Shown: one piece after another, positions 61,064 through 64,000 of the stretch
Layout: every line of letters starts with the position of its first letter
Numbering within the stretch: the stretch's first letter is position 1
NCBI GenBank assembly: GCA_020891255.1
Contig: BQFW01000005.1
Coordinates: 310,001-374,000, forward strand
Direction of reading: 5' to 3'
Source of the DNA: Entomortierella parvispora E1425
Taxonomy: Eukaryota > Fungi > Mortierellomycota
Length of the DNA: 64,000 nt
Position numbers and translations under genes: made by a program
The notes under the pieces: model-generated
What the model was told of the DNA's origin: nothing
The model's database searches: none
What the model saw: only the letters and a program-made list of their open reading frames with translations

Positions 61064-64000
61064 ATGCAACAGCAATCAGGGAACCAAGACGGTATCCTCG
61101 GGCCAATTAGGTACATGGCGATGCTCATCTCCATCTTCGCGATTGTCATCTGCCGTTGTTCTCGAGAAGGCACACTAACACCCCTTGTGCTCTCTTACAA
61201 CGTCCTGTAGTTTTCAGAGCTTTCTCGATCGATTCCCAGCACCGTTGAACCCGGATTTATTCAATGAACCTACAGGATACGAGAAGGCGCTACAGGAAGT
61301 CAAGCAATACGAGGACTTTACGACAATAGGTAAAAGTGTTTTCAGCCGTAGTGGACTTGCAGGGAAGCACGCACAGTGTCGCTAAGCAAGAGTTCTGATG
61401 CCACTATTCTTTGTAGACTGGGTGCAGGATGCAGTACGGGAGCGATATAGACAGACATCCAAGACTGCAGAGGCAAATCATTCATGGGCCTCTTATCTTT
61501 GGGAGTCATATGAAGCAGGACAGGCATGGTTGGTGGTTTCGCTGGTCGGGATCGTCATCGGCATCAACGCTGCGTTTATTGCCATCTGTACAGAGTGGTT
61601 GTCGGATATCAAACTTGGTCATTGTTCCTATGCTTGGTGGCTCAACCAAAAGTTTTGTTGTTGGGGTGTTGAGTCTGAAGGTAAGCCGGTGGACATGGAA
61701 AGCTCAAAGCGGGAAGGCGACTTGCGCACGGAGATTGGACGCTGACCGTTGGGAGACAACCCTGCTCTTTTCTCTAGATGGATACTGTGATGAGTGGAGT
61801 CCCTGGAGTGGCTTCGCTATTATCGACTATGTTTTCTACTTAGTCTTTGCAGTAAGTACCATCGACTTGCGCCTTAAACAACAGATCGAGTCAAACGGCG
61901 ATGGACAGCTCACAAACTGTTTGAATTTGCGAACAGACCTCATTTGCAGCATCTGCTGCATTTATCGTCAAGCGATATGCACGATATGCTGCTGGATCAG
62001 GAATTTCTGAAATCAAGTGTATTTTAGGTAAATTCGCATACAGTGACCAACATTGAGTAAATGAAAGACCAAGGGCATGCCTGCTAACAGCTCTAATTAT
62101 TACCTCCGCAACCCACTTCTAGCCGGTTTCATTATGAAGGGATATCTCGGAGGATGGACGCTTGTCATCAAAAGTCTAGGACTCGCCATGTCTGTGGCCG
62201 CCAACCTGAGTGTCGGAAAGGAGGGACCTTCGATCCATATTGCCTGCTGTGCTGGTCATGTCGTCTCGAGATTGTTCCCCAAATACCAAAGGAGTAGAGC
62301 CAAATCAAGAGAAATCATTTCTGCTTCAGCTGCTGCAGGTGTGGCTGTTGCTTTCGGCGCACCGATTGGTGGTGTTCTCTTCTCATTTGAGGAAATGAGC
62401 AACCATTTCCCAGCAAAGACTATGTGGAGAAGTTTCTTTTGTGCTTTGGTTGCGACCGTCACGCTGCAGACCATGAACCCTTACCGAACCGGAAAGTTGG
62501 TCATGTTCCAAGTCTCTTATGATCGCGACTGGCACTTTTTCGAGATGATTTTTTTCGTGCTCCTCGGAATCTTTGGGGTAAGCAGACGGCTTTTCAATGG
62601 GCACTATGATCGACTCCACTCATAACTTCCCTTCCCTTCTAACTTGTCCATATATCACAATGTAACCGTTGATAGGGTCTCTATGGTGCTCTGATCATCA
62701 AATACAACGTCAAAGTGCAGCATGTCAGGAAAAAGTACCTTGCAGACTATGGCGTGATCGAGGCTGCGACTCTGGCGTTCTTGACATGCACATTCGCCTA
62801 CTGGAACATTTTCATGAAGATTGACATGGCGGAAAGCATGAATATTTTGTTCCGCGAGTGCGAGGGATCAGAGGATTACATGGGGCTCTGTAAGCCAGAG
62901 AACACTTGGAAGATGGTGGCGCTGCTCTTCTTTGCGCTTATCATGCGAATCTTGACTTGTACCATTTCATACGGTGCCAAGGTCCCTGCTGGTATTTTCG
63001 TACCCTCCATGGCCATCGGAGCGTTGTTTGGACGGATGGTTGGTTTGATCGTACGAGCCACCCAGGTAGCCTACCCAGGATTTGTTCTCTTCTCGAGCTG
63101 CAAACCAGATGTACCCTGTATTACTCCCGGGACCTATGCTTTTCTGGGCGCAGCAGCAGCCCTCGGAGGCGTCATGCGACTGACGGTGTGTGTCGTGGTC
63201 ATCATGTTTGAGCTGACGGGAGCGCTCAACTATATCCTTCCAACAATGATCACATTGATGGTGACCAAGACTGTAGGCGATTATTTCGGACGTGGCGGCA
63301 TTGCGGATCGATACATTCGACTGAACGGATACCCCTTCTTGGACAAGGAAGAGCACAGTTTCGGCATTGCAGTCTCACAAGTGATGCAAAAGGACGTCAC
63401 GATCTTGCCGGCATCCGGGACACGGTTGGATCGCGTGGAGAGACTGTTGGCCGACACCAATTACCAAGGATTCCCAATCGTCGAAGATTCGACTTCAAGG
63501 ACCCTGATTGGATACATTGGTCGGCAAGAGTTGCGCTATGTGATTGACAAGGCAAAGAGGACTCGGCAGGTATCTCCAATGGCGCATTGCTTCTTTAGGC
63601 CGGGAAGCATGGAATCGAGGCAACATATGGATCAAGGCGCTCCTGGGTCAATGGGTGGCATGGACCACACAAGCACATCGGACGCCAGAAGACGTGGATC
63701 GATCCATGAGGCTGGTACCTCAAGTGAGCACTTTGAACACGAAACCAACTATGTCGACTTTGGACCATTCATTGATCAGGTATGAGAGTGGAGTTACTTG
63801 AAGCAAGATGTATGTTAAATAGATGAAAAACTAAAACCATTTCTTTCACTCTGATAGACGCCTATTGCTGTGCATCCCAAGTTACCATTGGAGACTGTGA
63901 TGGAATTTTTCAAAAAGATGGGCCCGCGTGTTATCTTGGTGGAGCACCAAGGAAAACTTGTTGGACTGATCACCATCAAGGATCTGTTGAAATATATCAC
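61064..64000 (+). CDS. CLC chloride channel / Cl-H+ antiporter (GEF1/ClC-3 type) with CBS domains, spliced, 3' end beyond window
   Basis: YEDFTTIDWVQD, GSGISEIKCIL, GKEGPSIH, GVAVAFGAPIGGVLF, KVPAGIFVPS, PGTYAFLGAAA, and CBS motifs (YQGFPIV). Confidence 0.95.

Overview
Eukaryotic (fungal) genomic DNA with GT-AG introns. The F-box/LRR, Arm-NACHT-WD40 and PIN-Fanzor gene families suggest Mortierellaceae (Mortierellomycota); this is an inference. Conserved host genes: TPX2-like, SLX4, MIC60, OSM1/FRD-like fumarate reductase with cytochrome b5, GH47 alpha-1,2-mannosidase, TAF6 and a CLC channel. Accessory blocks lie between them. Two candidate systems stand out. (1) A spliced gene at 49577-55625 (-) fuses an XPG/FEN1-type PIN nuclease to a Fanzor/TnpB-type RuvC nuclease with an intact D-E-D triad. 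It carries one 1-nt frameshift and lies next to a defective MULE transposase. (2) A non-coding element occurs twice (2214-6887 and 31009-35660). Its ~0.82-0.87 kb direct repeats each end in a sequence that folds as an HDV-like self-cleaving ribozyme, and a divergent covarying third ribozyme sits inside. This resembles a retrozyme built on delta-type rather than hammerhead ribozymes. Also noted: an intact eEF2 paralogue with degenerate GTPase motifs but a retained diphthamide loop, a secreted beta-defensin-like peptide, a NACHT-deleted NLR-like pseudogene, and a long inverted repeat. All calls were made by eye; no database search or folding program was run.
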